This document shows positions 24,104-34,758 of a stretch of 64,000 bases of DNA, piece after piece. The stretch is from an uncultured Methanoregulaceae archaeon (GTDB lineage: Archaea > Halobacteriota > Methanomicrobia > Methanomicrobiales > Methanospirillaceae): the NCBI GenBank assembly GCA_963737635.1, contig CAVTTL010000001.1, positions 1,536,001 to 1,600,000 of the forward strand, read 5' to 3'. Positions within the stretch are counted from its first letter, which is position 1, and every line of letters starts with the position of its first letter. The translations under genes were made by a program, and so were the position numbers. The notes under the pieces were generated by a model. The model ran no database searches and was not told where the DNA came from. It saw nothing but the letters and a program-made list of their open reading frames with translations.

Positions 24104-24706
24104 TTATTTTAACGCCGCTTCCATCGCTTCTTTGACGTGTTCATCGATCTCGTTGGCAAGAGCCTCCTTGATGGCTGCCAGTACCTTCTTTCCACCGATT
24201 GCAGACAGCGCTTTTGTTGTCATTATCCGTACTACCGGGTTATCGTCTTTTAAGAGAATTATCAACGGATCGACCGCTGAGGAATCCCCTAGCCCCGTCA
24301 GACCCTTCGCTGCCATATATCTCACGTGATCGCGGCTGTCCTGAAGCCCCTGAACGAGAGGTTTTATGGCCTTCTCATCGGCGAGTTTCCCGAGGGCTTC
24401 TGCTGCACGGTATCGGGTCTCCCATTTGGGATCTTTCATTGCGCCAGCGAGCGGTTCTATTGCAGCCTTACCTGTAGCAACAAGCGCAAGCATTGCCTGT
24501 TCCCGTACGGATTTGTCCACATCTCCGAGTGCTTCAATTAAGGGTCTGATGGCCTGGGGAGTTTTTGCATTTCCCAGCTGGTACGCAGCGTACCTTCTGA
24601 AGGCGGGCTCAGTATTGTTATGCAACGTACTGATCAGGATGTCAATACCTTGTTTCTCAAGATTCTCCCACCCGTCTGGGATGGGGGGCGCGTTTGTATC
24701 TGTCAT
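24104..24706 (-). CDS. HEAT/PBS-lyase repeat protein
   Basis: Repeats of the type AIxPLIxxLxDxxxxVRxxAAxALG. Confidence 0.9.
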   Translation of the reverse strand: MTDTNAPPIPDGWENLEKQGIDILISTLHNNTEPAFRRYAAYQLGNAKTPQAIRPLIEALGDVDKSVREQAMLALVATGKAAIEPLAGAMKDPKWETRYRAAEALGKLADEKAIKPLVQGLQDSRDHVRYMAAKGLTGLGDSSAVDPLIILLKDDNPVVRIMTTKALSAIGGKKVLAAIKEALANEIDEHVKEAMEAALK

Positions 24707-24879
24707 GATGTGACCTCAGTGACTACTATGCTCATGTAAAGATTAAAAACGATTTCTTCCAGTGGGAATCTAATGATGGAGAAATAATGGAAACTGCATA
24801 AATACGAAAATGATGGCGGATTTGAAATAAGTCGTTCTCGTCCCTGTGTTGTTTGTAAAAAAGGAAGAAACCAGCGCGG

Positions 24880-26352
24880 TCAAACGGAAGCCGAAACGGT
24901 CACTTGTCCATATGACGCGCTTGTGGCGTTAGAGGCAAGATCCTTACCATTCTCATAAATGCCCACGGTCAGCGGATACTTGGAATTGGTAGTATCGTCT
25001 GCCTTCTGGAAGGTTGCTGTCACCATGCCGGTTGCGTTTACGATTTGGTATACCTGGGCTCCCGAAGTTAGGTTCACGTTCGTAGTAATCCCACCGGTAC
25101 TATACGAACCGTTGAAACCACCAAGATAATTGGCGCTGACATACACACCTGTCGTCGGAACAGTAACTGGTGCCTGTGTTGGGACCGTAACTGGGGTGGT
25201 TGAACTACTTGTTGATGTGGTTGTAGTCACAGGGATAGTTGTTGTCGTCGCGATAGTGGATGGACCAGTACCCTGCGATCCCGACAATTTCATTTTTGGA
25301 AGGACGACAACACCTACTGCTGCGACGAGAATGATTACGATGATACAAGTCACCAGAATAATTTTTCTCTTGTTTGAGGGTTTCTTTGGCGGACGTGGGA
25401 CAGCTGTAGGCATAGATGAAGGGACGAGTGGGGTAGGTGGCAGGTCTTTTGGAGAGAAGAGTTTTGGCATGAACCGTTTCTTTGTTGAAGGGGCTGCCGG
25501 GAGGACCGCAGGCATAGTTGTTGAGATTGGCACTTCCGGTTTCAGTGACGTAGGTTCAGAAGATTTGGGGTGGAACGCTTCCGGCATCGATGGAGCAACG
25601 GTGGCGCCCGGCGGGGTTGTTGTCGCCTGGGTTTTGTCTCCGACGAGCTTCTCTTTTTGGGGAATAGGTTCTGGAATAAATGATGGCGGAGCTGAAACCG
25701 GCACCTGAGGAATCCCACCCAGAGGCACAATACGCGTCCCGCAGGTGTTGCAGAATCCGGATCCCTCAGGCACTTTCGTGCCGCACCGGGTGCAATACGT
25801 GCCAAGAACCGTTTCCGGGACGGATGTCGGTGCGGGAGTGGACACCACGGGCTGTAATGATTCAGGATGATTCTCCATGATTTTCTTTTCAGGCTTGGAA
25901 AATTCAAGCGGGCGTTTTGGAGGGACCGGGCTTGTCAGTGCAGCTGCTTTATCCCGCCCTACGGGCTGGTTTTCGATTCCAGGGATTACTTTCCGGATTA
26001 CCTGCTCAAACGAGGGCGTAAGATGTGTCCGGATCTGGCTAACCCATTCATCCCGTTCCTTCGCACGATTTCCCCCGCCCTCCCGGGAGAAAGTGAGCAC
26101 CATTTGTCGCGCTCCACCCGATTTTGTTATAACTCCTAACGTTACGACAAGATCCCTGATAGCGTTCTCTCCGGGTTCAATAGACTGAATGGTGGCAAGC
26201 GGAATCTCCTTTGGCGGCAGGAGGTTTTTTAATCTGTCAATAAGGATAATTCGTTTGTTAGTGAGGATCGCTTCAAAAGAGATCGATTTTACATGGACCC
26301 CTTGGGTTCGGATAAGTATCTGCTCATCACTCTGGAGCTCTGGATCGTCCAT
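24880..26352 (-). CDS. Membrane protein: PH-like N-terminal domain, zinc ribbon, Pro-rich linker, TM helix, extracellular domain
   Basis: AILTNKRIIL...ERDEWVSQI, YCTRCG...FCNTCG, TM IILVTCIIVIILVAAVGVVVL. Confidence 0.8.
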   Translation of the reverse strand: MDDPELQSDEQILIRTQGVHVKSISFEAILTNKRIILIDRLKNLLPPKEIPLATIQSIEPGENAIRDLVVTLGVITKSGGARQMVLTFSREGGGNRAKERDEWVSQIRTHLTPSFEQVIRKVIPGIENQPVGRDKAAALTSPVPPKRPLEFSKPEKKIMENHPESLQPVVSTPAPTSVPETVLGTYCTRCGTKVPEGSGFCNTCGTRIVPLGGIPQVPVSAPPSFIPEPIPQKEKLVGDKTQATTTPPGATVAPSMPEAFHPKSSEPTSLKPEVPISTTMPAVLPAAPSTKKRFMPKLFSPKDLPPTPLVPSSMPTAVPRPPKKPSNKRKIILVTCIIVIILVAAVGVVVLPKMKLSGSQGTGPSTIATTTTIPVTTTTSTSSSTTPVTVPTQAPVTVPTTGVYVSANYLGGFNGSYSTGGITTNVNLTSGAQVYQIVNATGMVTATFQKADDTTNSKYPLTVGIYENGKDLASNATSASYGQVTVSASV

Positions 26353-26609
26353 TTTTTACCACCCACTATACTTTCAACCGTGGGATGTTTGCCGAGAAAA
26401 AGATATTTGTCGCTCCAAACTCTGAAATGACAACAACTGCTTCTCTCTTGTCGGGGAAAAGCCATCGAATCGGGCATAGCGGGCAAGCTCCTGTTCTGGC
26501 GGAATCAGATGAATGCGGTAATCAACATCAAACATCGCAATACTACCTGAATGATTGTTGATCGGTAATTCCCGGCAAGCATATTATCTGCTATTGTCAA
26601 TCGTACATT

Positions 26610-27236
26610 ATGCGTACGGCATCTGCTGTCCTCGGGACGATTCTTGTGGCAGTGCTGCTCAGTGCCGGTTGCCTTTCTGCAATTTTCCCGTATCCTTCGG
26701 CATCTGCACCAGTCGAGACACCTACTGTAACTCCAGTGCCGACAACAGAAAACCCTTTTTCAACGGTCCCTGTATCGCAGATGGCACTCCAGCCATCAGA
26801 TATGCCGTCGGATTATATCCTTAGGGATCGATCAGACATTTCCTACTTGGAGATGGATCAGATATCCCACACTCTTGGTTGGAAAGCCGGATATACCGTC
26901 TCCTATTACCGGTTGAACCCGCAACAATACGATTTGACCGAAGTAAGTCAAGTCATTGATCTTTACCCCCTTGCAAACATGAACGAAGTATTCAACGTTG
27001 AAGAGGATGCGATTACTTCCCTAGAAAACGGCACAACCCAGATTTACCAACTTCCCTGTCCAAATATGGGTGAACAAACCTATGCGTATCGCGAAACTGA
27101 TTCCCGGAATTCTCCGTTAACAACGACATATTCGATTATCTTTGTCAACAAGGATATTTATGAAAAATTGACAATGAGCGGAACAACAACGGATTTTGAA
27201 ACATTAAAAGAACTGGCCCAGATCTCAGGCAGATAA
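26610..27236 (+). CDS. Hypothetical lipoprotein
   Basis: Lipobox-like LSAGC, Pro/Thr linker; the C-terminus may extend to ~27246 if one extra G is removed. Confidence 0.75.
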   Translation: MRTASAVLGTILVAVLLSAGCLSAIFPYPSASAPVETPTVTPVPTTENPFSTVPVSQMALQPSDMPSDYILRDRSDISYLEMDQISHTLGWKAGYTVSYYRLNPQQYDLTEVSQVIDLYPLANMNEVFNVEEDAITSLENGTTQIYQLPCPNMGEQTYAYRETDSRNSPLTTTYSIIFVNKDIYEKLTMSGTTTDFETLKELAQISGR

Positions 27237-27324
27237 GATCCAATAGAAGTTCGAAATGTCAGGTGTATATGCCGACCACGGATTTCCGCATCATCCCTTT
27301 AGATAGTACGGATGTGTTCAAGGA

Positions 27325-27813
27325 TTGCAGGAGGAAATGCTAATGACGTTTACTTGCCGGCAATGCGGATCCTGCTGTATGTATCTTGGTGATTATATTA
27401 TCATTGTTCACCAGACCGGCCCCTTTGAGTTTGCATGTGAATCTGTGTCTACCGGGACCCAATTCACTGCATGCGTGGATGAGGATAAGCGAAAGATATT
27501 TTGTGATTGGTCCTTTCCCAATGAGCATCCTCATGCCTGTCGTTTTCTCCGTCCTGAAGGTAATCTTCTGCGATGTACTATTCACAGGGACAGTCCGGGA
27601 CCATGCAAATTCTACCGCTGTGTCCTCATGCGGATCGTGGATTCAGGAGGAGCTGTCCTTGGTTTGGTAACCGGAACGCTTAACTTGCACTCAGATGATC
27701 CCAGACTACGAGCAATCTGGGAAGAGGCGAAAAAAAGTATCCCGGAATCCTCTCCCGATGCCGAAGAACGTCTCTGTCGCTATCTCACTGAGCGCGGGTA
27801 CCATATGAGATAA
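27325..27813 (+). CDS. YkgJ family cysteine-cluster protein
   Basis: FTCRQCGSCC, CRFL, CTIH, PGPCKFY. Confidence 0.85.
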   Translation: MQEEMLMTFTCRQCGSCCMYLGDYIIIVHQTGPFEFACESVSTGTQFTACVDEDKRKIFCDWSFPNEHPHACRFLRPEGNLLRCTIHRDSPGPCKFYRCVLMRIVDSGGAVLGLVTGTLNLHSDDPRLRAIWEEAKKSIPESSPDAEERLCRYLTERGYHMR

Positions 27814-28122
27814 AGGAAAAACCCTTCTTTAGTCCCACCCTGATTTTCCCTGTCTTCATATGATGGGCCTCTTATTCTTGTTGATATTGAACAAGTATTT
27901 GCTCGAAAGATCTATATTAGAGCGATATACGGATCAGCGGGACAAGTGGATTTAATGAGTGTTTCTCATGTCGTTATGGATATATTAAAAAACATAAAAA
28001 AGAATAATCGTCTGTACTGGTGTTCTTAGGGATCTTCCCTGTTCATGAGATGAACCGGACGCAGGATTACTGTGTCCAAGAGAAAAAAGAACTCTGACCA
28101 ACCATTTTAAATTTACCGGTAA

Positions 28123-29049
28123 ATGAGCTCAGCTCTTGATTATTACAATGAAGGAATTGCTCGGGGAAGGGAGGGCAGGCACGACGAGGCCCTCCGCTTA
28201 TTCACCCTTTCACTCACCATAAACCCGTTACTTGCAACTGCGTGGGCTGGTCGGGGTTTCGCGTTAGGGAAAATGGGACGGTTCGAAGAAGAGATCGAAT
28301 GTTGCGATCAAGCGATTAGTATTGATCCTGCGTGTATAGGTGCCTGGAATTACAAAGCCTTTGCGCTGGGGAAACTTGGCAGGTTAGAGGAAAAAATTAC
28401 CTGCTGTGATCGGGCACTCGCACTCGATCCAAACAATTCAGCTGCATGGAATAACAAAGGTGTCGCTCTTGGGATGCTGGGAAGATATGATGCAGAGATC
28501 CGGTGTTGCGACCGTGCGCTTCAGTTACGAAGCCGGTATCTCTCGGCGTGGGTAAACAAGGGTTATGCACTTGGGAAACTGAAACGATACGATGAGGAGA
28601 TTTCCTGTTATGACAGGGCCCTAAAAATTTACCCTTTCTATTTCTCTGCACTTTATAATCGTGGAATTGCCTTTATTAACCAAAAAAGGTATCAAGATGC
28701 GCTTGAAACTTTGGATTGTGCGCTTGGTATCAATCCCCTTCACCCGCAGACACTTTACCGGAAAGGTCTGGCACTCTCAAAGATAGGCTCACATGAAGAG
28801 GCAATTCACTGCCTTGAGCAAGCGCTTTCGATCGATCCTACAATGGCCGATGCTTGGGTAGTTTTGAGCAACTCCTGCTTTGCGCTGGGGAGGCTTGAAG
28901 ATTCGGCCCGCGCTTTTGACCAGGCCTATTATATCGATATTCATGATGTGCGGACCGGAATGGTGAAAGGACTTTCTCTATTCAAGGCAAAAAAATTTGA
29001 CGACGCCCTCCATTCTTTCTCTGAAGTGCTCGGTATCCTGCGCCGGTAG
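28123..29049 (+). CDS. TPR repeat protein
   Basis: About 8 repeats of AWxNKGxALxxLGRxEE...DRAL. Confidence 0.92.
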   Translation: MSSALDYYNEGIARGREGRHDEALRLFTLSLTINPLLATAWAGRGFALGKMGRFEEEIECCDQAISIDPACIGAWNYKAFALGKLGRLEEKITCCDRALALDPNNSAAWNNKGVALGMLGRYDAEIRCCDRALQLRSRYLSAWVNKGYALGKLKRYDEEISCYDRALKIYPFYFSALYNRGIAFINQKRYQDALETLDCALGINPLHPQTLYRKGLALSKIGSHEEAIHCLEQALSIDPTMADAWVVLSNSCFALGRLEDSARAFDQAYYIDIHDVRTGMVKGLSLFKAKKFDDALHSFSEVLGILRR

Positions 29050-29109
29050 CATCTGTTTTTGGAAAGGGCATAATGGAGGTATTTATGGCTCAGGGACGAA
29101 TACGGATAC

Positions 29110-30444
29110 ATGGATGTTGAGGAATATGCCAGAAGACATCTTGCAGCCGGTGAAGACGAAGATACTGTTGTACAACATCTCATCGAATATATTTCGGAAA
29201 TAAAACAAGCCCCACTTTCGTATAAGAATGCCTTTGCGCGGGCAGTTGTAAAAGAAGTCAAAAACACACAGGGGCTATCCGGGGATTTTTTCTCGTTCGA
29301 ACCTGCACGAGTCAAGATGGGAGAGTTCGGCGTCGGTTCCCGGGGAAAAGGTGATTTTTTTGCTCACCGGGAGATCGCCCGAATCATCGGAAAGACACGG
29401 GCCTCGGTTGGAGTAGACGAGATGGACGATGCAGGAGTTGTCAGAGCTTGTGGGGAGTACATGGTCTGCACCGTTGACGGGATGCATTCACGGCTCTCTG
29501 ATTACCCATATCTTGCCGGTTTTCATGTGACCCGTGCTACGCTGCGGGATCTCTATGTGATGGGTGCAACACCGGTTATGCTCTTTTCTGACATCCATGT
29601 AGCCGATGATGGGGATGTGGCAAAAATATTCGATTATACGGCAGGGATAACGACTGTAGGTGAAATGATGGATGTGCCTCTCGTCACCGGTTCCACACTC
29701 CGTATCGGCGGAGATATGGTTCTGGGCAACCGGCTGACTGGTTGCGTCGGGGCAGTCGGCGTGGCTCGTCATCTGACGGCCCGGAAATCGACCCAGCCTG
29801 GCGACGTGCTGCTGATGACCGAAGGTGCAGGAGGCGGGACGATTGCGACAGCTGCTATCTATTCCGGGTTTCCTGATGTCGTCGAAGAGACAATCAACCT
29901 CAATTTTCTTATTACCTCTGAGGCCCTCATCAAAAACCCGGTCTTCGATCAGATCCACTCTATGACCGATGTGACTAACGGAGGCCTCCGGGGGGACATC
30001 TTCGAAATGGCAGAGACTGCCCGGTGCCGGATGGTGGTGAGAGAAGAAGATACGCTCCCCCTCGTTAATCCAAAAGTGCGAAAGATGCTTGAGGTACTTG
30101 AGATCGATTACCTCGGTGTTTCTCTCGATGCACTCCTTATAGTAGCCCCGGAATCGTTTGCAGCTGAGATTATTCGGGTCATCCAATCGACCGGCGTAAA
30201 CTGTCGTGAAATTGGAATGGTGGAAAAAGGAAAACCGGCATCAGTGCTGGTGACTAATGGAAAGGAACATGATTTCCAGCCCCGTTTCCGTGAGTCTGCA
30301 TATACCCCTGTTAAAAAAGTAGTTGACGCAGAGGCGACGGATTTCGAGGAGATGAAAAAGGGGGTTCTGCGGGCATCTCAAGCTGCAATCGCAAAAAAGG
30401 AACGGGTGCTTGCGCGGTTGAGGGAAAAAGGGAAATCCGTATAA
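29110..30444 (+). CDS. AIR synthase (PurM superfamily)-related protein
   Basis: MDDAG, VDGMHSRLS, MTDVTNGGLRGD PurM-fold motifs. Confidence 0.85.
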   Translation: MDVEEYARRHLAAGEDEDTVVQHLIEYISEIKQAPLSYKNAFARAVVKEVKNTQGLSGDFFSFEPARVKMGEFGVGSRGKGDFFAHREIARIIGKTRASVGVDEMDDAGVVRACGEYMVCTVDGMHSRLSDYPYLAGFHVTRATLRDLYVMGATPVMLFSDIHVADDGDVAKIFDYTAGITTVGEMMDVPLVTGSTLRIGGDMVLGNRLTGCVGAVGVARHLTARKSTQPGDVLLMTEGAGGGTIATAAIYSGFPDVVEETINLNFLITSEALIKNPVFDQIHSMTDVTNGGLRGDIFEMAETARCRMVVREEDTLPLVNPKVRKMLEVLEIDYLGVSLDALLIVAPESFAAEIIRVIQSTGVNCREIGMVEKGKPASVLVTNGKEHDFQPRFRESAYTPVKKVVDAEATDFEEMKKGVLRASQAAIAKKERVLARLREKGKSV

Positions 30445-30510
30445 AAAAATTTGATATTCTGAAGTGAACTGAAGGAATGCAATAATGCAGTTTTGAAAAG
30501 GATTATATGG

Positions 30511-31416
30511 TTACTTCTCTAAAACCTCATTAAATCCTTGCTGACTCGCCTGGGCTTTCTCAATGCAGTGCTGATGCCAGATTTTCAGGGCGAGAAGCGT
30601 ACATGCAATTTCGAATTTTTCCCAGTCAATTACCGATGCATCATCAGGGGATTGGGGATGCCAGCTGAACCCCCCCAGAGTCTTTGTGTTTCTCCTGATC
30701 GGAATGCGTAATAATTCATCATAATTCCTTGAATTATGATCCTGCCGGTCTATATCAGGTTTTTCAAAGGCTAATTGGGAAATTGAGGAGGGCTTATCCA
30801 ATGTTTTTGTTCTGTTATCCATTCCGTCCGGCATTTGTGTCTCACGCCAGCAATACGAACAACGGAATCCCTCCATATCCGGGATATATATGTCCAAAAT
30901 GCATTCATCGGAATTGAGAAGCGGATGCATATGCTCCAAGGCCCAAGGTATCAGTATTGTGCATGATTCCCTCTCGTAAACCTGAAGCCGGGTTAACAGT
31001 TCCCGCAAATACGTATCCCATGCCGAAGGTACATTGTGTGAAGAAGCCGTTTCCGCACGTTTGGGTTTTGTGTTACGGAGCACACCTATCACTGCCCCTG
31101 AGTCCATATAGGGAATCCATCCTAGGTGAAATGAATAGTTCACGGTATTTTCTGTTTCCCTACCTACCAGCATGATTTCGAGAGGTGGTGCGTTCAAACA
31201 GAGTCCTTTTCTGAGGGTTGAAATATATTTTTCGAGCGCAAGAACGGAGGATGCCTGAAAAAACCGTTTGATATTGCGCCCTTTTATTGAATCAAGCGGT
31301 CTTCCGAAAAGCCTCGAAAATGACTGGCTTGCATGGACAATATGCATATCCTGTAAAATAATAATACAGTCATCGGTCGGAAGAGCGCTCTCATCAGGAG
31401 CTGGGATAGGCATCAT
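30511..31416 (-). CDS. PAS domain protein with GAF-like C-terminal region
   Basis: IVHASQSFSRLFG...IKGRNIKRFF; LRIPI...TLGGF. Confidence 0.65.
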   Translation of the reverse strand: MMPIPAPDESALPTDDCIIILQDMHIVHASQSFSRLFGRPLDSIKGRNIKRFFQASSVLALEKYISTLRKGLCLNAPPLEIMLVGRETENTVNYSFHLGWIPYMDSGAVIGVLRNTKPKRAETASSHNVPSAWDTYLRELLTRLQVYERESCTILIPWALEHMHPLLNSDECILDIYIPDMEGFRCSYCWRETQMPDGMDNRTKTLDKPSSISQLAFEKPDIDRQDHNSRNYDELLRIPIRRNTKTLGGFSWHPQSPDDASVIDWEKFEIACTLLALKIWHQHCIEKAQASQQGFNEVLEK

Positions 31417-31993
31417 TCCTCGATCCTGCGGTGCCTTTTTTCCACGAGTGTTTCGAATACACAGCTACAAGTGGTTCCATTCCTTGGAGTGGAATAGGAA
31501 ACGCCCGGTATGCAAGCATCATGGCCTTGTTAGTATCATCCGTTTTTCTTATTTCATAAAGGGACTGTAAGGATCCCGATGCCGTTTTTATCCCTGAAAG
31601 CCACTGAAGGAATTGCTCCGATTCAAGAACTGCCGATATCTCTTGGGGGAAAGGCATATCGTCTGTTTGTTCAGGATTAAGACTGAAAATCGAATTTTTC
31701 TGATAAATTTTGTCAAAAATGAAGACCGAACGCGAAGTATCAAGAATAAGAATGAATTCTTGCATATCGTCTTCATGATGGCCGGACACATCTTTTGGAG
31801 GAAGGTAAAATTTTTTTGCCATCCCATGATGAATCATCGCAACACTGCCCCCCAGTATCATTCCTTCGAGATACTTTGAGAGTGTGTTTCGTGAAATGCC
31901 CGTTATCCGGGCCAGACCGGCGATTGAAATTGGCTTTTTGGTCTCTTTTAAGACGGATGTTATGGTTTCGCGTATTTCGGATGATACTACCAT
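31394..31993 (-). CDS. Winged-HTH regulator with PAS-like C-terminal domain
   Basis: ISIAGLARITGISRNTLSKYLE...GMAKKFYL. Confidence 0.75.
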   Translation of the reverse strand: MVVSSEIRETITSVLKETKKPISIAGLARITGISRNTLSKYLEGMILGGSVAMIHHGMAKKFYLPPKDVSGHHEDDMQEFILILDTSRSVFIFDKIYQKNSIFSLNPEQTDDMPFPQEISAVLESEQFLQWLSGIKTASGSLQSLYEIRKTDDTNKAMMLAYRAFPIPLQGMEPLVAVYSKHSWKKGTAGSRNDAYPSS

Positions 31994-32103
31994 TGAATTT
32001 TGACTATATATAACTAGTATTTAATGGTATTTTCATTGCTGTGCAATTTCTTTGAATTTATCTTCTCTTGATAATGATCTCATTTCTATCAAAAAAGATT
32101 CCC

Positions 32104-32115
32104 TATACTAGTATA
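32104..32115. promoter_or_regulatory. Perfect palindrome TATACTAGTATA in a divergent promoter; related ACTAGTAT copy at 32013-32020
   Basis: Read directly from the AT-rich intergenic region between the HTH gene and the signalling genes. Confidence 0.4.
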
Positions 32116-32145
32116 TGGTTTAGGCATGACGACGAAAATGAATAA

Positions 32146-33066
32146 TTGCACCGGATTGTGAAGGAAAAAGTAGTGAAGCGCATGATTTCTGTTGCCTACA
32201 TCAATGATGATCATACCATGCTGGAATATGGCAGACAATATCTTGAATACCTTGGCAGTTATTCAGTCGAAATATTCGATAGCCTGAAGTATACTTCAGA
32301 ATGGTTTCCTTATCATTCCTATGATGTTATAATATTCAGGGATTACAGTGCCGGCCTGAACGTCTTAGAAACGATCTTATCCGTTCTTCCGAATGGTGAT
32401 TCAACACCAATTATTATCCTGAAAGACTTACTTCAGCCCCATCCGGTTCCTGAAGTTCATACGACCTCCCCAACTGTAATCATGCTCAAGACCCACAAAG
32501 ATCTTCCTGTTTTCTTCTTTGAACTGCACCAGCTGATAGAACAGGTTGTAGGCAAACGAAAAATAACTGAGAGTATAAAATCCCTCGATATCCTCTTCAA
32601 AGACTCCAAGATTGTGCCGGATAAGACTTTTGAAGAAAATATCACAACCGTCGTTGAAACCTGCGGCAGATCCCTATCAGCAGTTTTAGTCGCATATCAT
32701 CAGAGCTCCGATACAACACAACCTCCGGTTGCAGTATGGTATGCCGGGGAGCTACCTCTTCACTTTGCATCGGCTGCTCATGCCTCGATACCTACCAGAT
32801 CCCAAAAAATCAAAAAGGGACGAATATCATCAGGATGGACCTGTTCACCAGATGGCAGGATCGAATGGGCCGGAAAAGAGGGGACATTCTCTGTTGTCAT
32901 GTATCCCGTCCGCCGGCATGAGTGCCAAAAAGGTGTTCTTAGTCTTGTTTTCCTTTCGAACTACCTGCCTGCCGATCATGAACTTCTGATGGTAGAGACA
33001 TTTGCGGATATGATTTCTTGGCATGAGGAGATAGCACCCCAGTTTCGGAGGGAAGCGAATGCGTGA
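32146..33066 (+). CDS. Degenerate receiver domain + GAF-like domain protein
   Basis: VAYINDD, YDVIIFRDY; VMYPV...KGVLSL...ELLMVETFADMI. Confidence 0.65.
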   Translation: MHRIVKEKVVKRMISVAYINDDHTMLEYGRQYLEYLGSYSVEIFDSLKYTSEWFPYHSYDVIIFRDYSAGLNVLETILSVLPNGDSTPIIILKDLLQPHPVPEVHTTSPTVIMLKTHKDLPVFFFELHQLIEQVVGKRKITESIKSLDILFKDSKIVPDKTFEENITTVVETCGRSLSAVLVAYHQSSDTTQPPVAVWYAGELPLHFASAAHASIPTRSQKIKKGRISSGWTCSPDGRIEWAGKEGTFSVVMYPVRRHECQKGVLSLVFLSNYLPADHELLMVETFADMISWHEEIAPQFRREANA

Positions 33067-33339
33067 TATGACCCAATATGGACAATCCGAATGTGGGATA
33101 GCCGGTAACGACGACACAAAAGAGACTGCAAAAACACAATATATCTTGCGATGCCGGATGACTACGGGGAGGGATAAATATTGAATATAATAACAGATAG
33201 CGGGAAAAATCAGGTAATGCAACTCAATATTGGGTCTAGGGAGTGTCTCAATAAGGGCAGTTCCTGCCTTCCGAAGTATGAAGGCGATAATACTTCATCG
33301 TTTCCGTCCCAGTCCCGGTTGAGTACAGCAAGTAATGCG

Positions 33340-34758
33340 ATGCCCGGGGGCATTTCCCGCGTGCTGTACGTTGATGATGAACCCGCCCTGCTTGACCTGA
33401 CCCGGGAGTATCTGGAGAAAACCGGCGAATTTAAGGTTGATACAGTGCCCTCAGCTCATAATGCGACTGAAGCGCTCAAAGAAGAGCCCTATGATGTCGT
33501 TGTCTCAGATTACCAGATGCCTGAGATGAATGGAATATCTTTCCTGAAACAACTCCGTCACCAGGGAAACACTATCCCATTCATTATTTTTACCGGAAGG
33601 GGCCAGGAAGACGTTGTTATCGAGGCACTCAACGCAGGCGCGGATTTCTACATCCAGAAAGGGGAAGACCCAAAGGTTCAGTTTGCCGATCTTGGGAATA
33701 AGATCCGGCAGGCGGTGAGGAGGAGTACAGCGGAACGCTCCCTCAGGGAGAGTGAAGAAAGATTCCGGAATGTGGTTGAAGACCAGACTGAGCTCATATC
33801 ACGATTCAGACCTGACGGAACATTCCTCTTCGTCAACGACGCATTCTGTCGGTATTTCAATGTACTGCGGGAACATATTCTCGGCCACAGGTTCGAAATA
33901 CAGATTCCTTCTGAAGATTGTGCCATGGTGGAAACCCATCTCAAATCGCTGACCCGGGAGCACCCAGTTGCAACTATCGAGCACCGGGTTATCATGCCTG
34001 ATGGATTCCTACGGTGGCAACAAAGGAATGACCGGGGTATTTTCGACAATAACGGCGTCCTGATCGAATACCAGTCGGTCGGAAGAGACATAACTGATCT
34101 GAAACTTGCAGAAGAATCCCTGAAAACATCGCTCAAAGAGAAAAATATGCTTCTCCGGGAGATTCATCACCGGGTCAAGAACAACATGCAGGTCGTTATC
34201 GGCTTGCTCCAGTTTCAGGCATCGACCGTCTCGTCACCTGAGATAGCGCGAATCGTCCTTGATACCGAAACCCGTATCCGATCAATGGTCCTTATCCATG
34301 AGCGGCTCTATAATTCCAACGATTTCGTTAATATTCCCCTCGAGTCGTATATACGGGATCTCATTGACAGTCTTATCTATACTTACAGGACGAAAACGGC
34401 TATTAAATTTGAATATAATATTGAAAATATTCAGATAGATCAGCCAAAGCTGATTCATCTGGGGCTTCTCATCACAGAAGTTGTATCCAATTCACTGAAA
34501 CACGCCTTTCCCGACCGGGATACAGGCACGATTATCCTGTCGTTCAGCCGGAAAGAAAACAATTACCTGACCCTTTCTATCCATGACGACGGCATCGGCA
34601 TTCCTGATTCCTGCGTGCGGGAAAAACCCACCACGATGGGTCTGCAGCTTATCTATTTGCTCGGCCGCGACCAGCTGAATGGGTCGATCCTGATTGAAAG
34701 AAACAATGGGACAACGTTTACCTTTACCTTTAACCCGGCACTGACAGAGGAAGTATGA
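33340..34758 (+). CDS. Hybrid histidine kinase REC-PAS-HisKA_2-HATPase
   Basis: VLYVDDE, SDYQMP, PAS, LLREIHHRVKNNMQ, DDGIGIP; ORF is open from 33181 but ATG 33340 is the likelier start. Confidence 0.9.
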   Translation: MPGGISRVLYVDDEPALLDLTREYLEKTGEFKVDTVPSAHNATEALKEEPYDVVVSDYQMPEMNGISFLKQLRHQGNTIPFIIFTGRGQEDVVIEALNAGADFYIQKGEDPKVQFADLGNKIRQAVRRSTAERSLRESEERFRNVVEDQTELISRFRPDGTFLFVNDAFCRYFNVLREHILGHRFEIQIPSEDCAMVETHLKSLTREHPVATIEHRVIMPDGFLRWQQRNDRGIFDNNGVLIEYQSVGRDITDLKLAEESLKTSLKEKNMLLREIHHRVKNNMQVVIGLLQFQASTVSSPEIARIVLDTETRIRSMVLIHERLYNSNDFVNIPLESYIRDLIDSLIYTYRTKTAIKFEYNIENIQIDQPKLIHLGLLITEVVSNSLKHAFPDRDTGTIILSFSRKENNYLTLSIHDDGIGIPDSCVREKPTTMGLQLIYLLGRDQLNGSILIERNNGTTFTFTFNPALTEEV

